From the NCBI GenBank assembly GCA_964525635.1, contig CAZGJX010000002.1, positions 6,224 through 70,223 on the forward strand: a stretch of DNA of 64,000 bases, written 5' to 3'. A model generated the notes under the pieces. The model did no database searches and was not told where the DNA came from. It saw only the letters and a list, made by a program, of their open reading frames with translations. Origin of the DNA: an uncultured archaeon. Lineage in GTDB: Archaea; Asgardarchaeota; Lokiarchaeia; Sigyniarchaeales; SOKP01. Below are positions 31,144 through 40,887 of this stretch, in pieces; position 1 is the first letter of the stretch, and each line of letters starts with the position of its first letter. The position numbers and the translations under genes are program-made.

Positions 31144-32256
31144 ATGAGTGATGTACATTTTAATAAAGCTGAAGGCTCAAAATTAAAATTATTTACTCCT
31201 GGTCCTGTCCAAGTTCCCGATAGAGTACTCAATGCTATGGCATTAGCTAATGATACACATAGATCTGGGCCTTACTCAGAAATGCATAAATTAGCAATAG
31301 AAGGGCTTCAAAAAGTATTATATACTAAAAATGAATGCCTTATATTCACTTCAAGTGCTACAGGAATTATGGAAGCTTGTGTTAGAAATTTAATTAGTGA
31401 TAATGAAAAAGCACTATTCCTCTCTATAGGAGCATTTGGAGATCGATGGTATCAGATTGGAGTTAATAATGGAAAAAATTCTACAAAGGCAGAGATAGAA
31501 TGGGGTAAAGCAGCTACACCTGACATTGTAAAAGAGGAATTATCAAAAGATAACTATGCTGTAGTTTGTCTCCAAGCAAATGAAACGTCAACTGGTGTAT
31601 ATAATCCTGTGAATGAGATCATACCCATTATTAAAGATTCAGGTGCTCTCGTTTGTATTGATGCAACATCTTCTATGGCAGGTGTAAAGATAGAAGTGGA
31701 TACTCTTGGAATAGATGTTTGCTTAGCTTCGGTTCAAAAATGCTTTGCATTACCTCCTGGATTAGCAGTGTGTTCAGTCTCATCTGCAGCATTTGATAAA
31801 GCGAAGGAAGTAAAGAATAGGGGATTATATTTAGATTTTCTTGATTTACAGAAAAAAAACAAGGTAAATCAAACACCAAATACACCCCCAATCCCTCAAA
31901 TTAGAGGATTAGTAGTTCAATTAGATTATTTCTTAAATGAAGAGGGAATAGAAAATAGATTTGAAAGACATCAACGTTTAGGAGAAAGAACCCGAATCTG
32001 GGCAAAAAAAATGGATTTAGAAATGTTTCCCGAAAAGGGTTATGAATCAAATACCGTATCTACCATGACCAATACAATTAATATTGATTTTAGTAAGATG
32101 ATATCTACAATGTTAGATAAAAGATACAGAATTGTGAACGGTTATGGTTCTCTAGCAAATAAAACCTTTAGGATTGGCCATATGGGAGAAATAACTGTTA
32201 GCGAATTAGAAGAAATGTTAGAAATATTAACAGAAGTGATATCAGAATTAAAATAA
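31144..32256 (+). CDS. class V aminotransferase (serine-pyruvate / alanine-glyoxylate / phosphoserine aminotransferase family)
   Basis: LFTPGPVQVPDRVLNAMA and PLP-lysine region SVQKCFALPPGLA. I prefer ATG 31144 to the track's TTG 31081. Confidence 0.85.
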   Translation: MSDVHFNKAEGSKLKLFTPGPVQVPDRVLNAMALANDTHRSGPYSEMHKLAIEGLQKVLYTKNECLIFTSSATGIMEACVRNLISDNEKALFLSIGAFGDRWYQIGVNNGKNSTKAEIEWGKAATPDIVKEELSKDNYAVVCLQANETSTGVYNPVNEIIPIIKDSGALVCIDATSSMAGVKIEVDTLGIDVCLASVQKCFALPPGLAVCSVSSAAFDKAKEVKNRGLYLDFLDLQKKNKVNQTPNTPPIPQIRGLVVQLDYFLNEEGIENRFERHQRLGERTRIWAKKMDLEMFPEKGYESNTVSTMTNTINIDFSKMISTMLDKRYRIVNGYGSLANKTFRIGHMGEITVSELEEMLEILTEVISELK

Positions 32257-32523
32257 AATTTGATATCTCAATTTTCTTTTTTTTAATCATAGATTTTCGA
32301 ATGAGATGTTTCTAAAGAAATATTATATCTAAAACTTTTAATTTCTTGATTAATCTTGATATTACTCTAATAAGCTTTTTAATATTTTCCCTTTTTTTTT
32401 TGTTATTGACAACCTTTATAACATAACACTAAATTGTTAAACATATAAATATCAACTATTATTAATTCATTAAAGTTAAAATATAATTATTCAATAAGTA
32501 TTTCGATCTAATTTACTATTATT

Positions 32524-34260
32524 ATGAGTCCTTCAAATGAAGAACTATCGGTACTAAAAAGTCTGGAGACTGAAATTGGTGGAGAGATACCAGAAGCTAA
32601 TGAATTATCATCCCATTCTATTGGATATAAAGTCAAAGATAATAAAATAACAGGTTTGAGCTTATTTTCATGTGGTTTGGAAAATATGCCTAAGAAAATG
32701 GCTTTTTTAAGTCATTTAAAAAAGTTATACTTGAGAGGAAATAATATAAAATTATTTTCCGAAAAAATTTGTTCATTAGAATCTCTCAATCTATTAGATT
32801 TAAGTGAAAATAAATTAAAATTTATTCCCGATGAAATTCTGCTGTTAAAAAATTTAAAAGTATTAAATTTGGAAACAAATGAATTGAGAAACCTCCCAAG
32901 TAATATTGGAAGTCTTAATAATCTTGAATCTTTAGATTTAAGTAGTAATATTTTAAATCAGATTCCTCAATCTTTGGGAAATTTAATTAATTTAAAATTC
33001 CTCAATTTAAGCAATAATAATATAAATATTTTACCAGATTCAATTGGTTCTCTCTCATCCTTAAAATTTTTATATATAAGTAATAATAACTTAGAAATAC
33101 TTACAGAAAAAATAGGTAATCTATCAAAATTAGAGAGATTGAATATTAGAAATAATAAATTAACTAAACTACCTGAATCATTTGGATCCCTAGACGCCTT
33201 AACTTCTTGCTTTCTAAAAGGAAATAAATTAGAATCTCTTCCAAATTCTATAGGATTACTAGAAAATTTAAAATATTTAGGTTTAAATTCAAACCAATTA
33301 AAAAATCTTCCAGATTCAATCGGTAATTTATATAAACTTGAAAATTTAAGTTTAAATGATAATATTATAACACAATTACCAGATGAGATATGTAATCTCC
33401 GTTTATTAATAAGATTTGATATTCAAAATAACGAATTAACTTCTTTACCAGAAAACATTGGTACCTTAACAAATTTAAAATTTTTCTTATTAAATAAAAA
33501 TAAGATTACACAATTACCAGATTCTATAGGATTATTAAATTCTTTAGAATCTCTAGAATTAAATCAAAATAAATTAAAAACCTTACCCGGAACAATAGAG
33601 AATTTAACTTCTTTAATTGATTTAGATCTATATAGTAATAATTTAAAATTTTTACCTGATTCCTTTGAAGGAATATTAAGTCTAAATATCTTAGATTTAA
33701 GTAGTAATGATCTCGAACAATTACCAAATTCTATCTGTAAATTAAGATCTCTAAAAGAATTGGATTTATCAAATAATAAATTACAAACTATTCCCAATTG
33801 CATTGGAGGATTAACATCTTTAATGAATTTTATTTTAGGATTTAATAATCTAAGTGAAATATCTGAATCAATAGGAAATATGACTAATCTAGAAACTTTA
33901 GATTTGGGAAAAAATCATCTTAGGAAAATTCCAGATTCAATTGGTAGGTTAAATTCTTTAAAATACTTATATTTATATTACAATAATCTCGTAGAAGTTC
34001 CAGAAGAATTAAGTTCTCTTGAAAATCTAGAATATCTAAATTTAAGTAATAATGAATTAAGAATCATTCCAAAAAACATAGGGTTGCTAAAATCACTTGA
34101 ATATTTATTTTTAAATATGAATCTTTTACAAAATGTCCCAGAATCACTTATGGATCTTAATAATCTTAAACATCTAGATATAAAAAAAAATAGTATCCAA
34201 GAAATACCTGCATTTCTAAGGATTTTAGAAGAAAAAGGTGTAAAAATCATTACTGAATAA
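32524..34260 (+). CDS. leucine-rich repeat protein (about 22 x 23-aa LRRs), no signal peptide
   Basis: Near-continuous LxxLPxSIGxLxxLxxLxLxxNxL repeats from about aa 60 to 570. Confidence 0.9.
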   Translation: MSPSNEELSVLKSLETEIGGEIPEANELSSHSIGYKVKDNKITGLSLFSCGLENMPKKMAFLSHLKKLYLRGNNIKLFSEKICSLESLNLLDLSENKLKFIPDEILLLKNLKVLNLETNELRNLPSNIGSLNNLESLDLSSNILNQIPQSLGNLINLKFLNLSNNNINILPDSIGSLSSLKFLYISNNNLEILTEKIGNLSKLERLNIRNNKLTKLPESFGSLDALTSCFLKGNKLESLPNSIGLLENLKYLGLNSNQLKNLPDSIGNLYKLENLSLNDNIITQLPDEICNLRLLIRFDIQNNELTSLPENIGTLTNLKFFLLNKNKITQLPDSIGLLNSLESLELNQNKLKTLPGTIENLTSLIDLDLYSNNLKFLPDSFEGILSLNILDLSSNDLEQLPNSICKLRSLKELDLSNNKLQTIPNCIGGLTSLMNFILGFNNLSEISESIGNMTNLETLDLGKNHLRKIPDSIGRLNSLKYLYLYYNNLVEVPEELSSLENLEYLNLSNNELRIIPKNIGLLKSLEYLFLNMNLLQNVPESLMDLNNLKHLDIKKNSIQEIPAFLRILEEKGVKIITE

Positions 34261-34279
34261 TGGGATTCAGATATATATT

Positions 34280-35542
34280 TCATAATGAATAACTTTGTTT
34301 TGAATATGTTTTATCAGTAAATATAAAAACATCTTCATTATTGATTTCTTCTGGTGTCTCATTTAATTTTATTTTAATTGATATCATTTTATCTTTTATA
34401 CCTCTTGGGCTTTTATTAACCTTTTTCCCTTTATATTCTATATAATCAACTTTTTGATGTATATAAGTGTCATTATGTTTCCCCATAATAATTAAATCAT
34501 TATTCTTTTCAAAATATCCATTATCTAATATAATTTCAACAAAATTTGTCTGAGGATTATAATTCTTTATTCTCCCCACTTTTATATATCTATAATGAGA
34601 TAAATTATATGGATAATTATGCTGATGATCCTCTTCAGTCGCTTTTTTAAAGTAAAAGCCTGTAGTAAATCCTCTATTATATACCTTTTTTAATTCAGTT
34701 ACCCATCTTTTAGCTTTAACTTTAGTAAATGTATTATTATAGAACTCATCAATTGCTTCTCTATAAATTTTGGTGACAGTTTCCACATAATGAGGATGAC
34801 GCATCCGACCTTCTATTTTAAAAGCATCCACTTTAGATCTTATTAAATCTGGGATATAGGCGATTGTGCATAGATCTCTCGAATTCATAAATCGAATTCC
34901 ATCATAAAGGTATTCATTATTTTTATCATCTCGTACCCACCATTTTCTCCGACAAGGTTGTATACAATTACCTCGATTTGCAGATTTTTCTGAAGTCCCA
35001 CAAATATCTTGAGAAAAATAGCATCTTCCACTAATGGAGGCACACATCGCTCCATGAATAAAAATTTCTATTTGTGTAGAACTTAAATTTCTTTTAACTT
35101 CCTTAATTTTCTGCAATGATAATTCCCGCGCTAAAACAATACGTTCAGCACCTAATTTTTCATAAAATCTAGCGGATAAAGAATTGGACACATTACATTG
35201 TGTTGAGATGTGAAATGGTATTTTAATTCTTTTTGCAATTTCTATAGCAGCAATATCATGAACAATTATGGCATCTACTCCAACTTCTTTTGCAGTCCTA
35301 ATTATTCTTTCTAATTCCTGAATCTCATTATCATATAATAATATATTAGTTGTAAGATATGATTTCATTTCATGTTTTTTACAATAATCTACAATTTTAT
35401 CTAAATCTTTTAAATCTATATTATCAGATCGCATTCTCATATTAAATGATCTGACGCCGAAATATACAGAATCCGCATATTTGGTTGCTGCTTTTATTGC
35501 TTTTAAATTTTTAGCGGGAGCTAGTAATTCAACTTTCTTCAT
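34280..35542 (-). CDS. peptidase U32 family protein
   Basis: ELLAPAKNLKAIKAATKYADSVYFG and EIFIHGAMCASISGRCYFS; 420 aa. Confidence 0.88.
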   Translation of the reverse strand: MKKVELLAPAKNLKAIKAATKYADSVYFGVRSFNMRMRSDNIDLKDLDKIVDYCKKHEMKSYLTTNILLYDNEIQELERIIRTAKEVGVDAIIVHDIAAIEIAKRIKIPFHISTQCNVSNSLSARFYEKLGAERIVLARELSLQKIKEVKRNLSSTQIEIFIHGAMCASISGRCYFSQDICGTSEKSANRGNCIQPCRRKWWVRDDKNNEYLYDGIRFMNSRDLCTIAYIPDLIRSKVDAFKIEGRMRHPHYVETVTKIYREAIDEFYNNTFTKVKAKRWVTELKKVYNRGFTTGFYFKKATEEDHQHNYPYNLSHYRYIKVGRIKNYNPQTNFVEIILDNGYFEKNNDLIIMGKHNDTYIHQKVDYIEYKGKKVNKSPRGIKDKMISIKIKLNETPEEINNEDVFIFTDKTYSKQSYSL

Positions 35543-35637
35543 TCTTTATAATATTATTTATATCGAAATTAATATCTTTTTGTACTAAATCTAATAATAA
35601 TTCTAATTTCTATCTAAAACTTAAATTGAATATAACT

Positions 35638-36071
35638 TCACATATCAAAATTATATTTCCAAAAAGTAAACATTCCCGCTCCAAATTCTTCATTTGGTCT
35701 CTTAATAAAACCAAGTTTTTCATAAAATGGTTCTATATTTTTCGATGCTAATAATCCAATAGTTGCTAATGGGGATACATTTTCTTCAATAAAATTCATT
35801 ATTTTTTTCATTATTATTGTATACCTGTACCTCTTTTTTGAAATTTAGGTAAAACAATTACATCTTGAATATAATAGGCTAATCCTTCATCTCCAATTAT
35901 TCGTCCCATACCAATGATTTGATCTGCTTTTTCAACGCATATAAAATATATCGGATTATTAAGTCGCTTTTGAGTTGGAATTTTATCCAAAATTCGCCAA
36001 TTGACAGCTTTACGGAGTGTATGATATTCTTGAACCGTTGGAATTCTTTCTATCAATGAAAAATCTACCAT
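35638..36071 (-). pseudogene. GNAT N-acetyltransferase split by a frameshift right after motif A
   Basis: ORF1 ends ...VLPKFQKRGTGIQ-TAA-TAA (35814). The rest (MKKIMNFIEENVSPLATIGLLASKNIEPFYEKLGFIKRP...) is in another frame, 35811..35638. The junction reads CAATAATAATGAAAAAA. Confidence 0.7.
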
Positions 36072-36254
36072 ATTTCTTAAAAATATTTTTAATTTATTAT
36101 AATTTTTTTGAATTTATAGTAGATAGAAATTATTTTATATGGATTTCAAGGAAGACTTTATAACTCATCTTTTTCATTTATTTTTTAAATAGTAATTTTT
36201 ATTAAACAGTTACTCTTGCTGATTCATTTATAAAAAAATAACCCTCTTATAAAC

Positions 36255-37418
36255 GTGATAGGCCTAATTTTATCCAGATTTGATCAAACAATAGGACCTT
36301 TAGTTATTCTTAAATCTCCAGAAGATTTGGAAGATCAAATCATGCAAAAGTTTTCATCCCTAATGGATCTTCATGATAGTGGATTTTTTATTCATACTTT
36401 TGATACTTATCAGGGAGTAAATCGTATCTTTGAAATACCTAGTGTATATGCGAGAGGTAATAGAGAAATCCTCCAGATTTCAATGATTTTTGATATTGAA
36501 AGCAAAATTGATAATGATTTCATTAGAGATATTTTAGAAAAATTTATGGTAGCAATTAAAAATATTGAAGATTTGTATATAGCGTTTTATAATGAATCAG
36601 ATCTATTTATTGAAAATAAAAAAAAAAAGGAAGAATTAAAAAATTTATTTCATACATTCTATGAGTCTGCAAAATCTGCATTAGGAGCAATTAGGAATGT
36701 TGAACTAAAATATCAAACTTTATTTGAACGAGCAAGAGATGCAATTGTTATTTTTGAATTAAAAACTGGTAATTTTATTGATATTAATCTAGAAGCTGAG
36801 AAAATCTTGGGAGATAATAGAGAAACTATTTTAAATTCAAATATCATAAAATTTTTTGCGATAAAGGATTATGAAAATTTTTATAACAATATTTTAAAAC
36901 TGATTTCTGATGGAAAAATAGAACTTATTGAAATGGATATTATTAATATTAAGAGGAAAAGGATATCTGTTGAAATTAGTGCTAGTAATATAAAAATAGG
37001 AGACCAAAAATTTATACAACTTATAATAAGAGATATTTCTAAAAGAAAATTATTAGAATCAAGATTAAAAGAACGGGTAAAAGAATTAAACGCTTTATAT
37101 GGAATTACTCGATTAATAGAAATTGATAAAATATCATTAGAGGTTGTTTTAGAGGAAGCAATAGAAATTATAAAATCTGCTATGGAATTTCCGGAATTAT
37201 CATGTGTAAGAATCCTGTTTAATGAAAAAAAATGGATTACTGATAATTTTAAAGAAACTCAATGGAAGATCTCAACTCATATTCAAATTGAAATGAATAT
37301 ATTGGATATAGAAGTTTTTTATTTAGAAGAGAGGAAAATCCTTGGGGAGAAACTAGAATTCATCTATGAAATTGCAGAAAGATTAAAAGTCTTACTCAAG
37401 AATAAATTACATGAGTAA
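36255..37418 (+). CDS. sensor protein: N-terminal alpha/beta (longin/Roadblock-like?) domain + PAS + GAF-like 'KELNxLYGI' domain, no output domain
   Basis: PAS region YQTLFERARDAIVIFELKTGNFIDINLEAEKILG...RDISKRK. This is followed by RVKELNALYGITRLIE...FPELSCVRILFNEKKWITDNFKETQWK, a module I recognise from many PAS sensors. GTG start. Confidence 0.65.
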   Translation: MIGLILSRFDQTIGPLVILKSPEDLEDQIMQKFSSLMDLHDSGFFIHTFDTYQGVNRIFEIPSVYARGNREILQISMIFDIESKIDNDFIRDILEKFMVAIKNIEDLYIAFYNESDLFIENKKKKEELKNLFHTFYESAKSALGAIRNVELKYQTLFERARDAIVIFELKTGNFIDINLEAEKILGDNRETILNSNIIKFFAIKDYENFYNNILKLISDGKIELIEMDIINIKRKRISVEISASNIKIGDQKFIQLIIRDISKRKLLESRLKERVKELNALYGITRLIEIDKISLEVVLEEAIEIIKSAMEFPELSCVRILFNEKKWITDNFKETQWKISTHIQIEMNILDIEVFYLEERKILGEKLEFIYEIAERLKVLLKNKLHE

Positions 37419-37425
37419 TTATTAA

Positions 37426-37440
37426 TTTGTTTTTTTTTTT
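37426..37440 (+). terminator. oligo-T tract (T11) 12 nt after the stop of the sensor gene
   Basis: TTTGTTTTTTTTTTT read directly. Confidence 0.5.
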
Positions 37441-37621
37441 GGAGATTTGACCTTTATTAACATATTTTATTTTGCTATAAGTTTGAGTCTATATTAGGTT
37501 GCAACACCTTATATTAAATGTTTTCTAAGTATTTAAGCATATATATTTATAGAGTTATTTAAACAAATCAGTTATAGGATTTTACAAAATTTTTAACTAT
37601 GAAATATTTTTATTAAATCTC

Positions 37622-38427
37622 ATGATTAATTATTATGAAAAATCAAATAAAGAACTCTGGAATAAAATTACCGCAACCCATGTTAAAGCTTATGATATCC
37701 AACCTTTTAAACAAGGTAAAACTACGTTAGATGAGATTCAACGAGGTGAACTTGGAAATGATAAAGGAAAAACCTTACTCCATTTACAGTGTAGATTTGG
37801 TTTAGATAATCTATCATGGGCTAGAGAAGGAGCTATAGTTACAGGAATCGATTTTGCTGAAGGGGTTATATTCGAAGCAAATAAACTTAAAGAAGAATTA
37901 GATATATCTGCAGAACTTTTTCCTTTAATATCTATAATATTCGAAAATACATTAGTCATCAATTTGATATTGTTTATACATCAAAAGGAGAGTTAATTTG
38001 GTTAAAAAATTTAGAAGAATGGGGAAGAATTATTTATGATTATCTTAAACCTGGGGGTATTTTTTATATATTTGAAACACATCCAATAATCCATATATTT
38101 GATGATGAAATATCTGATTTTAAAATAAAATATTCTTATTTTCATTCCAACGATCCTCGTGAATATGAGGATTGAATTGATTATGCAGATAAGTCCATAA
38201 AATTAGATATAAAAACTTATGAATGGCAATGGTCATTAAGCGATATTATCAACTCACTAATTAAAGCAGGATTGAAAATTAAAATCATAAATGAATATGA
38301 TAAATCATTTTTTAGAAATTTTCCCGGTATGATTAAAATAAAAGGAGATACATGGTATGAATGGTGGTATCACCTTAATATTAAAGGAAAAATACCTTTT
38401 ACTTTTTCTTTATTGGCCCAAAAATAA
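37622..38427 (+). pseudogene. class I SAM-dependent methyltransferase pseudogene
   Basis: Frame 1 gives ...GKTLLHLQCRFGLDNLSWAREGAIVTGIDFAEGVIFEANKLKEELDISAE. After a shift at the T-run 37917-37921 the homology continues as FSFNIYNIRKYISHQFDIVYTSKGELIWLKNLEEWGRIIYDYLKPGGIFYIFETHP. There is an in-frame TGA at 38173 (YED*IDYAD). Confidence 0.75.
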
Positions 38428-38450
38428 AAATTATTCAATTATTTTTGTCA

Positions 38451-39059
38451 TTAATTTTTTCTTAATTTAGGAAATAATGCTCCAGTTCGCTTTTGATACT
38501 CTCTATATTTATCACCAAATCGTCTTATTAAATCTTTTTCTTCATAATGAATCATAATTGGAGTATAGAAAACAATAAAAATTAACGATATTATTGCCAA
38601 AAACCATGAATTTAAAAAAAAACCTAGAGCAATATAAATCGGAAATTCTCCAATAGTTTGAGGATGTCGGATATAATTATATATTCCCCCATACATTTCT
38701 GTCTCTTCTGAAGGAGAAATTGTTTCTGATCCTGCATCTAATACCCCCTTAATCATGATTATAAAACATGGAATAAAAATACAAATAGCTATGAGAACAC
38801 CTATCCAAATATTTTGACTTATAATCCATTCATCAACCATAGGTAGAGGATACCAAATCCATAGAATAAAATTGAGGATGGAGATAAATTCAAAAATACT
38901 TGATAAAGCCCGAAGATTCTTACAATATTTCCAAGCTTTATCTCCTAATTTTTCTGCTTTTTTCATAGGTTGAAGACTAAGGATATAAATATACCCTAAT
39001 AAGAAAAATGATATTAACAAAGAAATGAAATTCAATATTCTGATAATCATTTGAATCAA
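38451..39059 (-). CDS. membrane methyltransferase (isoprenylcysteine carboxyl / phospholipid methyltransferase family)
   Basis: GIYNYIRHPQTIGEF and EEKDLIRRFGDKYREYQKRTGALFP in a polytopic membrane protein. Confidence 0.75.
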   Translation of the reverse strand: MIQMIIRILNFISLLISFFLLGYIYILSLQPMKKAEKLGDKAWKYCKNLRALSSIFEFISILNFILWIWYPLPMVDEWIISQNIWIGVLIAICIFIPCFIIMIKGVLDAGSETISPSEETEMYGGIYNYIRHPQTIGEFPIYIALGFFLNSWFLAIISLIFIVFYTPIMIHYEEKDLIRRFGDKYREYQKRTGALFPKLRKN

Positions 39060-39361
39060 TTTTATAATATTTTAAGATTATTTTTTTTAATCATTTAAAG
39101 TAATTTAATGCTATTATAAATAGTCTAAAAGAATGGAATTATATGGTGTAAGTTATACATTACTAAAAAAAAGTTACAAAAGGAATAATGACAAAACCGA
39201 TCTCTGTCATTCTTTCTTCAAATATTTTAACATTTTTCATAATTGTTTTAAAATATCATAATTTTCCATTATAGTTTGTTTCATAGAAATATAAAATATT
39301 TTCATAAAACCTTATAATTTTAATTCATTTTTTAAAAATGACTCTTTAATTAAAAAGATTA

Positions 39362-40792
39362 ATGATTAAAATGAATAGAGAAAAAGAAGACTTAGTAATA
39401 ATGAAATTTGGTGGTTCATGTTTACAAGATATTGAATCTTTTTCACAAACTACTGAAATAATAAGAGATTATCTTAAAAGTTCGAAATTAATTATAGTTA
39501 CATCAGCTTTTAAAGGTATAACAGATAAACTTATTAATTTTTATAATAAGTCTTGTGGGGATGGATCAGAATGTAATGAAATCATTGATGGAATTAATAC
39601 AATTCATAAAAGATTTATTAATGAAAATATAGAAAGTGATAAAAAAGAATATAAAAAAACTATTGACTTTCTAGAAGTAAACATAAAAGATCTAATCCAA
39701 TTGGGCAGAGTTGTACGCTTATTACGACCAAGTTTGGATATTCAAGATTTAATTATATCTTATGGTGAAAAATTAAGTACTTATATTGTAAATCAATATT
39801 TAAATTCAATCAATATTAGATCTCAATTTGTCTCTTCAGATGAAATAATTATTACAGATGATAATTATAGTAATGCTCTACCAATATTAGATGAAACAGA
39901 AAAACTTGTTCAAGAAAAGATCGTTCCACTCATTAATTCTGAAAAATATGATATTATTTCAATAACTGGATTTTATGGGTCAACAAAGGATCAAAAAATT
40001 ACAACTCTTGGTAGAGGAGGTACCGATTTAACAGCTGCAATTATGGCATACAGTTTAACTAACCATTACAAATGTAAAGTGATATATTGGAAGGACGTTC
40101 AAGGTTTTTTGGATGCAGATCCTAGAATTGCTAAACAAGCCTCTCTTTTAACTCAAATATCATATATAGAAGCAAAAGAACTTGCTTTTTTTGGATCTAA
40201 AGTACTTCATCCATTATGCTTAGACGTAAATGAAAAAGGAAATATTCCATCCGAAATACGTCCTTTTAATGAACCAAATTCGAAAGATTATACTACTATT
40301 ACAAAAGAAATTATAAAGGGAGAACAAATAGTAAAAGCTATTACTTCAATCCAAAGATTAACAATGGTAACAATTGAAAGTGGTACTATGATTTCTCTTC
40401 CTGGTACTGTAGCAAAACTTTTCAATTTGTTAGCTGAAAGCAATATTAATATAAAGTTTATTTCTCAGAGTTCCTCTGAAAATAATATTACTATTGGTAT
40501 AGACTTCGAAGATTCAATGAAAGTAAGTTATTTATTGAGGAATTCTGATTGGTTTGGAAAACAATGGTTTAGTATAAAAATAGATAATGATATATCATTA
40601 ATCGCTGTTATTGGAGCAGGTATGTTACATACGCCGGGAATTGCAGGTAAAATATTTACAATACTTGGTAATAATAGAGTAAACATAAGAGCAATTTCCC
40701 AAGGATCTTCTGAATTAAATATAACTATTGTTATTGAAAGAAATGATTGTATAAAGGCTGTAAATGTGTTATACGAAGCGTTTATTAGTTAA
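39362..40792 (+). CDS. lysC: aspartate kinase
   Basis: MKFGGSCL, GRGGTDLTAA, and two C-terminal ACT domains; 476 aa. Confidence 0.9.
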   Translation: MIKMNREKEDLVIMKFGGSCLQDIESFSQTTEIIRDYLKSSKLIIVTSAFKGITDKLINFYNKSCGDGSECNEIIDGINTIHKRFINENIESDKKEYKKTIDFLEVNIKDLIQLGRVVRLLRPSLDIQDLIISYGEKLSTYIVNQYLNSINIRSQFVSSDEIIITDDNYSNALPILDETEKLVQEKIVPLINSEKYDIISITGFYGSTKDQKITTLGRGGTDLTAAIMAYSLTNHYKCKVIYWKDVQGFLDADPRIAKQASLLTQISYIEAKELAFFGSKVLHPLCLDVNEKGNIPSEIRPFNEPNSKDYTTITKEIIKGEQIVKAITSIQRLTMVTIESGTMISLPGTVAKLFNLLAESNINIKFISQSSSENNITIGIDFEDSMKVSYLLRNSDWFGKQWFSIKIDNDISLIAVIGAGMLHTPGIAGKIFTILGNNRVNIRAISQGSSELNITIVIERNDCIKAVNVLYEAFIS

Positions 40793-40860
40793 GAAAAATC
40801 TATTATTCCTCAAATAATAGTTTATTTTTAGGAATTTAGAATAATTAAAAAATAAATAAA

Positions 40861-40881
40861 AAACAGATTTTTTTTCTGTTT
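40861..40881. terminator. hairpin AAACAG-(AT8)-CTGTTT between convergent lysC and pgi
   Basis: An inverted repeat with a T-rich loop, read directly, located between two convergent stop codons. Confidence 0.35.
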
Positions 40882-40887
40882 ATCTAA

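Noticed and set aside
32524-34260. Nucleotide-level 69-nt periodicity considered as a satellite or CRISPR-like repeat
   Set aside because: The periodicity is fully explained by 23-codon LRR units within one continuous ORF, and the units are divergent at the DNA level.
33524-34283. Three minus-strand ORFs (67, 79, 101 aa)
   Set aside because: They are antisense to the 578-aa LRR gene. The repeat periodicity of the LRR gene creates open shadow frames.
22778-38427. The idea that the in-frame TGA (26049, 38173) and TAA (23478) reflect stop-codon reassignment
   Set aside because: TGA and TAA terminate many well-delimited genes here, for example TGA at 21679-21681 and 22332-22334 and TAA at most gene ends. 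The affected genes also carry frameshifts, so nonsense mutations in pseudogenes are the simpler explanation.
39187-39211. Inverted repeat AATGACA-N11-TGTCATT upstream of aspartate kinase, considered as a riboswitch or attenuator
   Set aside because: It has only 7 bp, no flanking conserved riboswitch features that I can recognise, and sits about 150 nt from the start codon.
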